Positions 31,759 to 39,777 of a DNA stretch of 39,777 nt are shown in pieces (the first letter of the stretch is position 1; every line of letters begins with the position of its first letter). The position numbers and the translations under genes are program-made. The stretch is from a virus: positions 1 through 39,777 of the IMG/VR virus record IMGVR_UViG_3300009610_000026; one strand, 5' to 3'. Under the pieces are notes generated by a model, which did not search any database, had not been told where the DNA came from, and worked only from the letters and a program-made list of their open reading frames with translations.

Positions 31759-33147
31759 GTGATCACCTACGTCCGTAGGATAATTAAAAGTCCTTCAAAT
31801 TCTGTAATAACTGATGATTTGATCATAGATTATATCAATCGTTTTTGGATCATGGATGTTGATGCTCGCATGCAACTGTTTGATTTGAAAACGAAATATA
31901 GCTTTCAAACGTCCCCTGCTGTTGATCGATACAACATGCCCTTATATGATGTTCAAACACAACAAGGTGGTCAGAATATCAATTTCTATCCTGTTTATCA
32001 AGGATTCACATCGCCAGCTTATGTAAATGGAGTTCAAGTCCCTTTACAGACTTTAAAAGGTTCTTTTTTTAATCTTTGGCCAAACATTGTACAAAATATA
32101 GTGGTTGGAACAGGAGATGGAGGTACTACTTATACCCTGCAAGTTCCAATCATAGGTAATACTTCGCCTCCTAATCCTCCTTTACAAGGACTTTTAAGAG
32201 GTCACGTTGATATATCAGGCATAGTTGCTACAGGAGCTAACCAAGATCCACCGTCGGGAAATACATTGAATACTCTGATCCCTTCAACAAGCATTGACGC
32301 TGCAGTTTATATAACCACATTAGACGAGAATGGAAATAACGTTGTAGTTTCAGATTCAGGTCAATTCTTAGATAACGGCATTAGTTTCCCAAACTATGGT
32401 CTCCTGATGACACCAGGAACCGCTCCATTTGGATATTCAACCTTACCTGGTGGATACAGCACTGTAGCAGTGATCACAAACGTAACTCAAGCAAATCCTG
32501 CTGTTGTTACTGCTGCAAACGGCTTTCAGATTGGCCAGACAGTCCATATAGACGGTGTAAATGGTATGACTGAATTAAACGGGAATTCTTATATCATCAC
32601 AGCATCTTCTCCCACTTCATTCACAATTAACGTAGACTCATCAGCTTTTACACCCTATACCTCATCAGGAAGTGCCTCGAGTCTAAATAATGTGATTAAC
32701 TATTTGACAGGTGAAATACAGGTAACCTTCCCTGTTGCTATACCATCAGGTCAAAATATCAGTGTTCAGTGCTACTACTTCCAAACAGGATTACCTAGAG
32801 GTATGTTGTATTATAACAACACATTAACTCTTCGTAGCCCACCTGACAAACAATATTTGGTTGAAATAGATGCTTATCTTTCTCCTGCTGCATTCTTGAA
32901 TACTGCAGCGGCAGTTCCTTTTGGATATATGTCCGAATATATAGCTCGTGGTGCTGCTAGAAAGATACTTTCAGATACTGGAGATATCGAACAATTCCAG
33001 TTCTATGAACCTTTATTCAGAGAACAGGAGCTGCTAGTTTGGAAACGCAGTCAAAGGCAATGGACTAACAATAGAACAGAAACAATCTATTCCCAAGGTT
33101 TTGGGCATGGTGTAAATGGTACAGGTTTCACCGGAGGAACTCTATGA
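31759..33147 (+). CDS. Head-to-tail adaptor / tail tubular A-like protein carrying one inserted recurrent module
   Basis: 462 aa, positioned before the nozzle-like gene. The module lies at about 32464..32679. GTG start. Confidence 0.4.
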   Translation: MITYVRRIIKSPSNSVITDDLIIDYINRFWIMDVDARMQLFDLKTKYSFQTSPAVDRYNMPLYDVQTQQGGQNINFYPVYQGFTSPAYVNGVQVPLQTLKGSFFNLWPNIVQNIVVGTGDGGTTYTLQVPIIGNTSPPNPPLQGLLRGHVDISGIVATGANQDPPSGNTLNTLIPSTSIDAAVYITTLDENGNNVVVSDSGQFLDNGISFPNYGLLMTPGTAPFGYSTLPGGYSTVAVITNVTQANPAVVTAANGFQIGQTVHIDGVNGMTELNGNSYIITASSPTSFTINVDSSAFTPYTSSGSASSLNNVINYLTGEIQVTFPVAIPSGQNISVQCYYFQTGLPRGMLYYNNTLTLRSPPDKQYLVEIDAYLSPAAFLNTAAAVPFGYMSEYIARGAARKILSDTGDIEQFQFYEPLFREQELLVWKRSQRQWTNNRTETIYSQGFGHGVNGTGFTGGTL

Positions 33148-33773
33148 CTTTCACTTTCAATAATGCTATTCCTGCTAGTGGGAACAATCCCTCTGTGGAT
33201 CAGCCTGGAATGCTTAGCAATAACATAAGTACCGCAAATATCATTAATGTTGATCATGTAGGTTTCAATCAATCTTCAGGTGGTAAACATAAAGTAATAC
33301 GGGCTCGCTCTTTGCAAACACTAGGTATAGCATTGCCACCCGGTGTTTCAGGCGAAGGAAGCATCTATACAAGAACAGCAAGTGCAGTAACAAATCTCTT
33401 TTACCGTCCTGATGCGACAGCGAACGAATATCAGTTAACAAGAACAATAGCCGCTTCTTTTGCTACATTTGGTACAGATACCAATTATAATGGGAATAAT
33501 ATAGGTGGATGGACTTTTCTTCCAGGAGGCCTTCTTTTTCAATATGGATTTATAACACCAGTTGTTAATCAAGGAAATACAGCTATAGTTTATCCTGTTG
33601 CATTTTCTTCTGGCCCAGCATTTAGTCTTACTGTAAGCGCAGTAGTAACCTCATCATTGGGAGATCTAACATCTGCCATTAGAACAGGAACAAGCGGTAG
33701 TACTGGTTTCAGTATATCTACAAGCTCTTCTGGAAATGTTACTTCATTTTATTGGATGGCAATAGGTGTTTAA
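33144..33773 (+). CDS. Tail fibre/collar-like protein with gp53-like C-terminal beta-sandwich (tentative)
   Basis: VDHVGFNQSSGGKHKVI and WTFLPGGLLFQYGFITP...IVYPVAFSSGPAFSLTVS resemble the conserved ends of short fibre proteins (LPxGlxxQWG...vxFPxxF). Confidence 0.45.
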   Translation: MTFTFNNAIPASGNNPSVDQPGMLSNNISTANIINVDHVGFNQSSGGKHKVIRARSLQTLGIALPPGVSGEGSIYTRTASAVTNLFYRPDATANEYQLTRTIAASFATFGTDTNYNGNNIGGWTFLPGGLLFQYGFITPVVNQGNTAIVYPVAFSSGPAFSLTVSAVVTSSLGDLTSAIRTGTSGSTGFSISTSSSGNVTSFYWMAIGV

Positions 33774-36718
33774 TGCCTAATAAAATTGTCGTAGGGCCTA
33801 TCAGTCGAGGATTACGTAAAGATGTTACAGCATTTAACATTGATAATGACAACTTTCCTACACTTATTAACGCCTACCAATGGCGCAGTCGTGTCAAGAG
33901 AAAAAGGGGCACATCGTTATTAGGTAGGTTATCTAGATATGTTGGAACTACTGATGTAGCTGGCAATCTAGTTGTTACAATTTTACCTATACCAATCGCT
34001 ACTGCGAAAGCATCTTTTATTATTGATACAGATATCTTTGTTGATGGCGGAGGAGCTAACCCCGTTGCTTTAACAACAAATAGCTCTGGTACAGGTACCC
34101 TAAACAGGACTACAGGTGTTTTAACGATCACAGGATCTATTGCAAACACTGCCGTTATCTATTATCCTACACTACCGGTAATGGGTCTTGAAGATCTAAT
34201 TTTAACAACGAATCAATATCCAGGAACCTTAGCCTTCGATACGGATTATTCTTACAACATAAGCACATCATTTCCATATACCATATATGACGTAAGCTTC
34301 TACAAGAATCCTCCGACAGGTACTTACACTAACTATGTTCAAAAAGCCACAGTCACTTCTACCTGGTGGAACGGTCAAGACTATCAGCAGTTCTGGACAG
34401 TAAATTATCAAGGAGCACTCTGGGCTACTAATGGCATTACTGTTCCTTTCAATACGACTAACATCGGTATGCAGTTCAAGGCTATAATCACTGTAACTGT
34501 TCTAACCCCTACTACCGCATCTTTACAGATAACAGGACATGGGTTAGTCGTTGGCGACTTTGTTTTCATCAATGAGGTTTCAACTACAACAGGAATTAAC
34601 TTTCAAACTGGCTATGTGACAACTGTTACTGATGCCAATAACATTATTGTCACATTCCCTAATGCAACATTAGCCACAAATGGCACCGGTGGCATAGCTC
34701 AATACTTAACAAATCGCGCTGATTCCACTTTAGATGGTATCCGCTGGTATGACGGAGATCCTACTAATGGAAGTGCTACGGCTCCGGTATATAATGGCAT
34801 GAAAGGATGGGTAAACTTTGCCCCTCCCCTTTCTCAGAGTGCTTATTCAATAGGGGATGCACCAGCAGCTATTTATTACTTAGTAGGCGCTAGGATAATA
34901 CTGCCATTCAAAGATAGACTTTTGTTTATAGGACCTGTGATCCAGACATCATCAGTTGGTGCAATTCCAATATACCTACAAGACACTGTTATTTATAGCC
35001 AAAATGGTACACCGTATTATACTGCATCATTTACAGGCGATGTTGATTCTGCGACGACAGTATTTAATGAAATCCTTGTGCCAATAAATCAGACTGCTTC
35101 TGCTGCTGCATATTTCGAAGATGTCACGGGATTTGGTGGATTCATTCAGGCTGGTTTTGATGCTCCTATCTTAACAGCTTCGGCAAATTCCGATGTTCTT
35201 ATCCTTGGTTTTGATGGAGGATTTCAAACACGTTTAGTTTATACGGGTAATGATGTCGTGCCTTTCAACTTCTTCACAGTTAATTCCGAGTTAGGATCAT
35301 CAAGTACTTTCTCGGTTATTAATATGGAAGAAGGCGTTCTCACGCGAGGAAATCGTGGTTTTATCATTACTAATCAAACTGTTGCAAAAAGAATCGACCT
35401 AGATATACCAGATGAAGTCTTTCAGATCAGTTTGATTAATAATGGTGCAGAACGTGTTACAGCACAAAGAGACTTTATTAATGAATGGGTATATTTCACT
35501 TATCCAGCTGATCAAATAGAATATAAGTTTCCAAATCAGACCCTACAATATAACTACAGGGATAATTCTTGGGCTATATTCTATGAAAGCTATACTGCTT
35601 ATGGGCAATTCCGAAAAAGCACAGGTTTCACTTGGGCTACAGTAGGAACTGTTTATCCTTCTTGGTCAGTTTGGAATGATCCCTGGAGTGCTGGCGTTAA
35701 CACTCTTGAACAACCTGAAGTGATAGCAGGTAATCAGCAGGGCTTTGTTATGGTTCGAGATGACGGAACGGATGAAGGAACGTCATTATATATACAAGAT
35801 ATAACTTCAGGTGTGATAACTTCACCTGATTATAATCTAAATACTGGCGACTATATCATTATTTCAGGTGCACTCGGGACAATAGGGGCTCAAGTAAATA
35901 ACAAAATATTCTCTATTCTAGCCCTAACCACAAACACCTTTTCCCTAAATCCTCCAATATCCACAGGCACTTATCTTGGTGGTGGGTATATTACGAGAAT
36001 GTATATTCCTCTAATACAAACCAAACAGTTTCCTGTGGCTTGGGATATGGGTAGAAAGACGCGTATTGGCGTACAACAATACTTAATGTCCTTTACACCA
36101 AAAAGCCAAATTCAACTCTTGATATTTCTTAGTCAGAATTCGACAGGCGCATATAATTTAGGCCCTATAGAACCAGCCGCAGGATCTACTAACAATAGTT
36201 TGGTGTATAGCACTGTTCTTTACACGTGTCCTGAAAGCACTAATTTAGGACTTACACCAGCTAATATCAACTTGAATATGGTCACAAGTCCTGAGCAAGA
36301 ACAGATTTGGCATCGAATAAGCACTTCTCTGCTTGGAGATACGATTCAACTAGGATTTAGCCTTTCCGATTCCCAAATGCGCTCTCTAGATATTTCAGGG
36401 TCATCATTCTCCATTACGGGTGTAACATTAGGAACAACGACGATAATAACTACAACTGGTGAATTTTCAGCAGGACAACTTGTTAGGATATCTGGAATTG
36501 TAGGCACTACAGAGCTAAATTATACGGAAGATGCAAATAACAACTACAGTGTACTTTCTTCCACTTCTACAGATGTAACCATTAACGTGGACTCTACGGC
36601 ATTCACTGCTTATGATTCAGGTGGTTCAATTGTACAGGTTTCACCACTAAATCAATTCGCAGAAATTGAACTTCATGGATTCATCATTGATGTTTCACCA
36701 AGTATGGTCTTAGCATGA
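33773..36718 (+). CDS. Large tail protein, tail tubular B/nozzle-like, with three recurrent modules
   Basis: 981 aa from the ATG at 33773 (TAATG junction). It is the largest virion gene, in the position between the adaptor-like and ejection-like genes. Modules lie at about 34478..34702, 35789..35998 and 36404..36637. Confidence 0.45.
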   Translation: MPNKIVVGPISRGLRKDVTAFNIDNDNFPTLINAYQWRSRVKRKRGTSLLGRLSRYVGTTDVAGNLVVTILPIPIATAKASFIIDTDIFVDGGGANPVALTTNSSGTGTLNRTTGVLTITGSIANTAVIYYPTLPVMGLEDLILTTNQYPGTLAFDTDYSYNISTSFPYTIYDVSFYKNPPTGTYTNYVQKATVTSTWWNGQDYQQFWTVNYQGALWATNGITVPFNTTNIGMQFKAIITVTVLTPTTASLQITGHGLVVGDFVFINEVSTTTGINFQTGYVTTVTDANNIIVTFPNATLATNGTGGIAQYLTNRADSTLDGIRWYDGDPTNGSATAPVYNGMKGWVNFAPPLSQSAYSIGDAPAAIYYLVGARIILPFKDRLLFIGPVIQTSSVGAIPIYLQDTVIYSQNGTPYYTASFTGDVDSATTVFNEILVPINQTASAAAYFEDVTGFGGFIQAGFDAPILTASANSDVLILGFDGGFQTRLVYTGNDVVPFNFFTVNSELGSSSTFSVINMEEGVLTRGNRGFIITNQTVAKRIDLDIPDEVFQISLINNGAERVTAQRDFINEWVYFTYPADQIEYKFPNQTLQYNYRDNSWAIFYESYTAYGQFRKSTGFTWATVGTVYPSWSVWNDPWSAGVNTLEQPEVIAGNQQGFVMVRDDGTDEGTSLYIQDITSGVITSPDYNLNTGDYIIISGALGTIGAQVNNKIFSILALTTNTFSLNPPISTGTYLGGGYITRMYIPLIQTKQFPVAWDMGRKTRIGVQQYLMSFTPKSQIQLLIFLSQNSTGAYNLGPIEPAAGSTNNSLVYSTVLYTCPESTNLGLTPANINLNMVTSPEQEQIWHRISTSLLGDTIQLGFSLSDSQMRSLDISGSSFSITGVTLGTTTIITTTGEFSAGQLVRISGIVGTTELNYTEDANNNYSVLSSTSTDVTINVDSTAFTAYDSGGSIVQVSPLNQFAEIELHGFIIDVSPSMVLA

Positions 36719-37185
36719 GTAGCAATATCGCTAATCAAGTGGCTTTCCTGCGGACAACATGGCAATTTCCTGAAGATATCTCGTCGTTAAAAGAAGAATT
36801 AGACCGCAGTTATCTCGAAACAGCCAGCTGCGTAAACGCTAGAATCATTGGGATTTTTACAGTCAATAAGCCTGCCATTAATGGCGAGTCGTGGTTTATA
36901 ACAAAAAACCAAAAGCAACAAGGATTGCGACAAGTTTATGATGTGACAAGTACTTCACCAATAAACCATGGAATTAATTTCTCTAGAATATCTAGATTTA
37001 CCCGAGCTTATGGCGCTTATACCGATGGAACTAATTGGTATGGATTTATATTCGGAAGCAATGTCGCTATCGCTGGCCAAATCTCATTCTATATAACGCC
37101 CACCCAGATAGTATTTCTTTCTGGTGGTGGTGAACCATCTTTAACTTTAGGAACGGTTGTTTTAGAATGGATAAGTTTTCCATAA
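36715..37185 (+). CDS. Hypothetical virion protein
   Basis: 156 aa with an ATGA overlap with the upstream gene. Confidence 0.5.
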   Translation: MSSNIANQVAFLRTTWQFPEDISSLKEELDRSYLETASCVNARIIGIFTVNKPAINGESWFITKNQKQQGLRQVYDVTSTSPINHGINFSRISRFTRAYGAYTDGTNWYGFIFGSNVAIAGQISFYITPTQIVFLSGGGEPSLTLGTVVLEWISFP

Positions 37186-37213
37186 GTATGTATTTTGAAT
37201 TAAGAGGTGAACA

Positions 37214-37906
37214 ATGACGTCATTGACTGGTAGCCGAGGACCAACCGGCGGAAATGTAGGCCCAACAGCATCGGCTAAATGGGCTGGGGATAAGATTCCT
37301 AGAGGCTATAAGATGGGACAAATAGCCCAATATACTCCTGAGCAATCTGAACTATTTTCGCAGTCCTTAGGTAATGCTGGTGAAGGTTCATATTTATCAA
37401 GGCTTGCAGGTGGAGATCAATCTCTATTTGATGAGATGGAGGCACCGGCTTTAAAGCAGTTCGCAGGTCTTCAAGGAAATCTAGCCTCGCGCTTTAGTGG
37501 TATGGGTTCAGGTGCTAGACGCTCTAGTGGATTTCAAAATACAGTAAATCAAGCTGCCACAGATTTCGCAGGACAACTTCAATCACAGCGTCAAGGCCTT
37601 CAAAGACAGGCTATAAGCGATTTACATACTATGAGCCAACAATTATTAAGCAATAGGCCATACGAACGCAGTTTAATCAAAAAGCAAGAAAGCCCTTGGG
37701 CTGGCTTGGTAGGACAGTTAGGTGGCGCCGTTCCAGGATTGATTACTTCTGCTTTGGGTGGAGGATCTCCTCAATCGGCTATACAAGGTGCCACAAGTAT
37801 ATTTGGTGGCGGTGGTGGCTGGGGAACTGCACCAGCTCATAATGCACCTTTAACACAAGGCTACAATCAAGAGCTTCGGATGAATCCAGCAGCTTACGGT
37901 TATTAG
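37214..37906 (+). CDS. Gly/Gln-rich internal virion/ejection-like protein
   Basis: 230 aa of low complexity with an AAGAGGTG SD. First of three consecutive such genes. Confidence 0.45.
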   Translation: MTSLTGSRGPTGGNVGPTASAKWAGDKIPRGYKMGQIAQYTPEQSELFSQSLGNAGEGSYLSRLAGGDQSLFDEMEAPALKQFAGLQGNLASRFSGMGSGARRSSGFQNTVNQAATDFAGQLQSQRQGLQRQAISDLHTMSQQLLSNRPYERSLIKKQESPWAGLVGQLGGAVPGLITSALGGGSPQSAIQGATSIFGGGGGWGTAPAHNAPLTQGYNQELRMNPAAYGY

Positions 37907-37913
37907 GAGATAT

Positions 37914-39143
37914 ATGGTACAGATAATCGACGAAAATAGACCTAGAAGCTTCGCACAAAGTATTGTAGGTGGCCTCACTGAAGGTGGTATAAATGCTATT
38001 CAAGGTCACCTGCAACAACAAAGAGCGCAGCAGCAGATGCAGCAAGAGAATGCTGCCTTAAGACAACTTACAGGCCAGGATTTCTCAGGTATTCAAGATC
38101 CTAAGACCAGACAAGAAGCTTTTAAACAAGCTTTCCAGACTAAGCAAGAGCAAGATTATCTTAATCAGGTCATGGGTGATAGAAGATCGACAGGAATGCA
38201 GCAATCTGGAGTTGATGAACTTCCTATGGATTCAGAAGATAGAATGGGCGCTTCTCAACGTTCAGGTGGTGGATTGGGCACCTTATCAGATGATAAATTA
38301 CAGCAATTACTTGGTACGAAACGCTTTAAAGAACCAGCTAAAGCGGAAATTGACAGACGCAAACAAGAAAGACAAAAGAAAGAAGTCTTCCAAATCTACA
38401 AAGACGCTGGATTTTCTGATGAAGAATCCGCAGAAAGAGCCGAAACAAGTTCACCTGCAACAGCAAGGACTATCTTTCGTGAGAAAACAGAGAAGCCATT
38501 GTTTGAAGCCGAAGGAGAAAAACTAGAAGCTAAAAGAGTTTCCGAACTGGCTACAACTATTGAAAAAGACTTTGCTACAGCTCGCAATGAAGATGTCCGT
38601 CTTGATAGGATGGAAGAACTTTCCAAAAAAGACGAAGTCTCAACCCCGTTAATGATAGCATCGTTAGATAAAATTGGTCTTCCAATTGGTATTCTCTCTA
38701 ACCCAGACACTGAAGAATACAGAAAACTTGAGACAGACTTTATCCGTGATGCTAGAGATATATTCCCAGGTGGGAGAATCACAAACTATGAGATTCAGAG
38801 TTATTTAAAAACCATTCCTACCCTGCTGAATAGCAAAGAAGGTCGTGCGGCAATCATTCGTAATCGTAAACTTTTAAACGAAGCTAAAAAAGTACGATAT
38901 AAGGAATATAAGAGTATCCTTAAGGAAACTGGCGGTAAAAAACCGGCAAACATGAGCATTCTTCTTGAAGAAAGAACTGCTGACAAGATCATGGATATTG
39001 AAGATAAATTCCGTGAAGGTATTGATAATGTCTTGGATAAACACAGTCAAAAGATAAAGATGTATAGCCCAGATGGAAAAGCATATGAGATCCCTGCTCA
39101 TTTAATTCCTCAAGCACAGCAACAAGGATTGATCTTCCAATGA
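37914..39143 (+). CDS. Internal virion/ejection-like protein
   Basis: 409 aa with a Gln-rich N-terminus and a charged helical remainder. No enzymatic motif recognised. Confidence 0.45.
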   Translation: MVQIIDENRPRSFAQSIVGGLTEGGINAIQGHLQQQRAQQQMQQENAALRQLTGQDFSGIQDPKTRQEAFKQAFQTKQEQDYLNQVMGDRRSTGMQQSGVDELPMDSEDRMGASQRSGGGLGTLSDDKLQQLLGTKRFKEPAKAEIDRRKQERQKKEVFQIYKDAGFSDEESAERAETSSPATARTIFREKTEKPLFEAEGEKLEAKRVSELATTIEKDFATARNEDVRLDRMEELSKKDEVSTPLMIASLDKIGLPIGILSNPDTEEYRKLETDFIRDARDIFPGGRITNYEIQSYLKTIPTLLNSKEGRAAIIRNRKLLNEAKKVRYKEYKSILKETGGKKPANMSILLEERTADKIMDIEDKFREGIDNVLDKHSQKIKMYSPDGKAYEIPAHLIPQAQQQGLIFQ

Positions 39144-39777
39144 CACTCGATCTTAGCAAGTACATGATACAAGATTCGCTTCAAAGAGATCAGCCAACGC
39201 AACAACAAGCGCCCCTTAAACCTTTAGAGTTAGACAAATATTTGTCGCCTACAGAATCTACCGCTTTTGATACTTTTAAACGCCATGCAGCACGTACTGG
39301 ATCTAGAATAGGTGAAACGGTCGTTGGATTTCCAGGTGACTTTGTTAAGTTCGTCCAATTTATGGCTGATAAACTTCCACATGTGCCCACTGGCAAGCCT
39401 AATGAACTACAAGAGCTAGGAAGAAAGGGTTTGGAGAAACTCCCTACCAGCGAGGATGTAAAGCAATTTTCTGAGCAATACACAAAAGGATACACAAAAG
39501 CCCAAGGACCTGGAGAAGAATTTAGCGATGAAATAGCTTCTTTAGCTGGAGCACTAGCTATCCCTGCTCGTGATCCAAGAAAGTTTGTATCTTTTCTTGG
39601 TGCATTAGGTAAAAACCTACCAAAGGCAGCAGTAAAAGCTGCCGCTGTCAAAGGAACTGGAGAAGTAGCAGAAAGTTATGGTGCAGGACCAAAGACTAAA
39701 ACGGCTACTGAGATGGGAATGTTATTCCTGACTGGAATGATGGGCCAGAAAACAGCTGATCAGTACATTTCGGAGAA
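39140..39777 (+). CDS. 5' portion of the junction-spanning gene (continues at base 1, stop at 811)
   Basis: The ATG at 39140 is in an ATGA overlap with the previous stop. There is no stop before the window end. The frame is not in the supplied track because it is unterminated. Confidence 0.6.
   Translation, partial: MTLDLSKYMIQDSLQRDQPTQQQAPLKPLELDKYLSPTESTAFDTFKRHAARTGSRIGETVVGFPGDFVKFVQFMADKLPHVPTGKPNELQELGRKGLEKLPTSEDVKQFSEQYTKGYTKAQGPGEEFSDEIASLAGALAIPARDPRKFVSFLGALGKNLPKAAVKAAAVKGTGEVAESYGAGPKTKTATEMGMLFLTGMMGQKTADQYISE
39655..39777. repeat. Terminal direct repeat, copy 2
   Basis: Identical to 1..123. Confidence 0.95.

Noticed and set aside
39190-39651. 153-aa minus-strand ORF near the right end
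   Set aside because: It lies entirely antisense to the junction-spanning plus-strand gene, which is coupled (ATGA) to the upstream gene and continues in phase across the circular junction.
1-39777. Alternative genetic code (TAG or TGA reassignment)
   Set aside because: TAA, TAG and TGA each terminate well-supported genes: TGA ends terL, TAG ends the portal gene, and there are many ATGA couplings. The single in-frame TAG at 1081..1083 is insufficient evidence.

Overview
This window is a complete tailed dsDNA phage genome, not a chromosomal segment. Bases 1..123 are identical to 39655..39777. The repeat lies inside an ORF that leaves the right end and re-enters in phase at the left end, so the unique sequence is a 39,654-bp circular map. 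That map could reflect circularly permuted or terminally redundant DNA, or an assembly overlap. The genome is gene-dense and AT-rich, uses the standard code with Shine-Dalgarno sites, and has many ATGA/TAATG coupled gene junctions.

The layout is podovirus-like. The plus-strand block 21438 -> 811 runs: HTH protein, large terminase, 711-aa portal, three tiny low-complexity ORFs, scaffold, major capsid, decoration-like protein, intrinsic terminator, adaptor-like and nozzle-like tail proteins, then three ejection/internal-protein-like genes. There is no tape measure, tube, sheath or baseplate. A divergent minus-strand operon (21335 -> 15429) encodes a 775-aa highly repetitive fibre, two proteins sharing an N-terminal motif, and three tandem paralogues.

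The early and accessory regions carry RecT plus a YqaJ-type exonuclease, a RusA-like protein, an HTH initiator-like protein and a Cro-like HTH. They also carry a ParB-like nuclease-domain protein, DUF29, a SpoVG-like protein, three HNH endonucleases, lipoproteins and an operon of small membrane proteins. I could not recognise an integrase, DNA polymerase, primase/helicase, tRNA, CRISPR array, reverse transcriptase or any muralytic enzyme.

The most notable observations are:
- the coupled triplet of receptor-binding-like paralogues with identical nucleotide blocks;
- a ~70-aa module present eight times in four virion proteins;
- a three-member family of small membrane proteins with a conserved C-terminal motif, in a genome with no recognisable lysin;
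- an Inc-like bilobed membrane protein;
- a candidate cis-antisense small RNA.

All functional calls come from motif and architecture recognition by eye, with no searches run.
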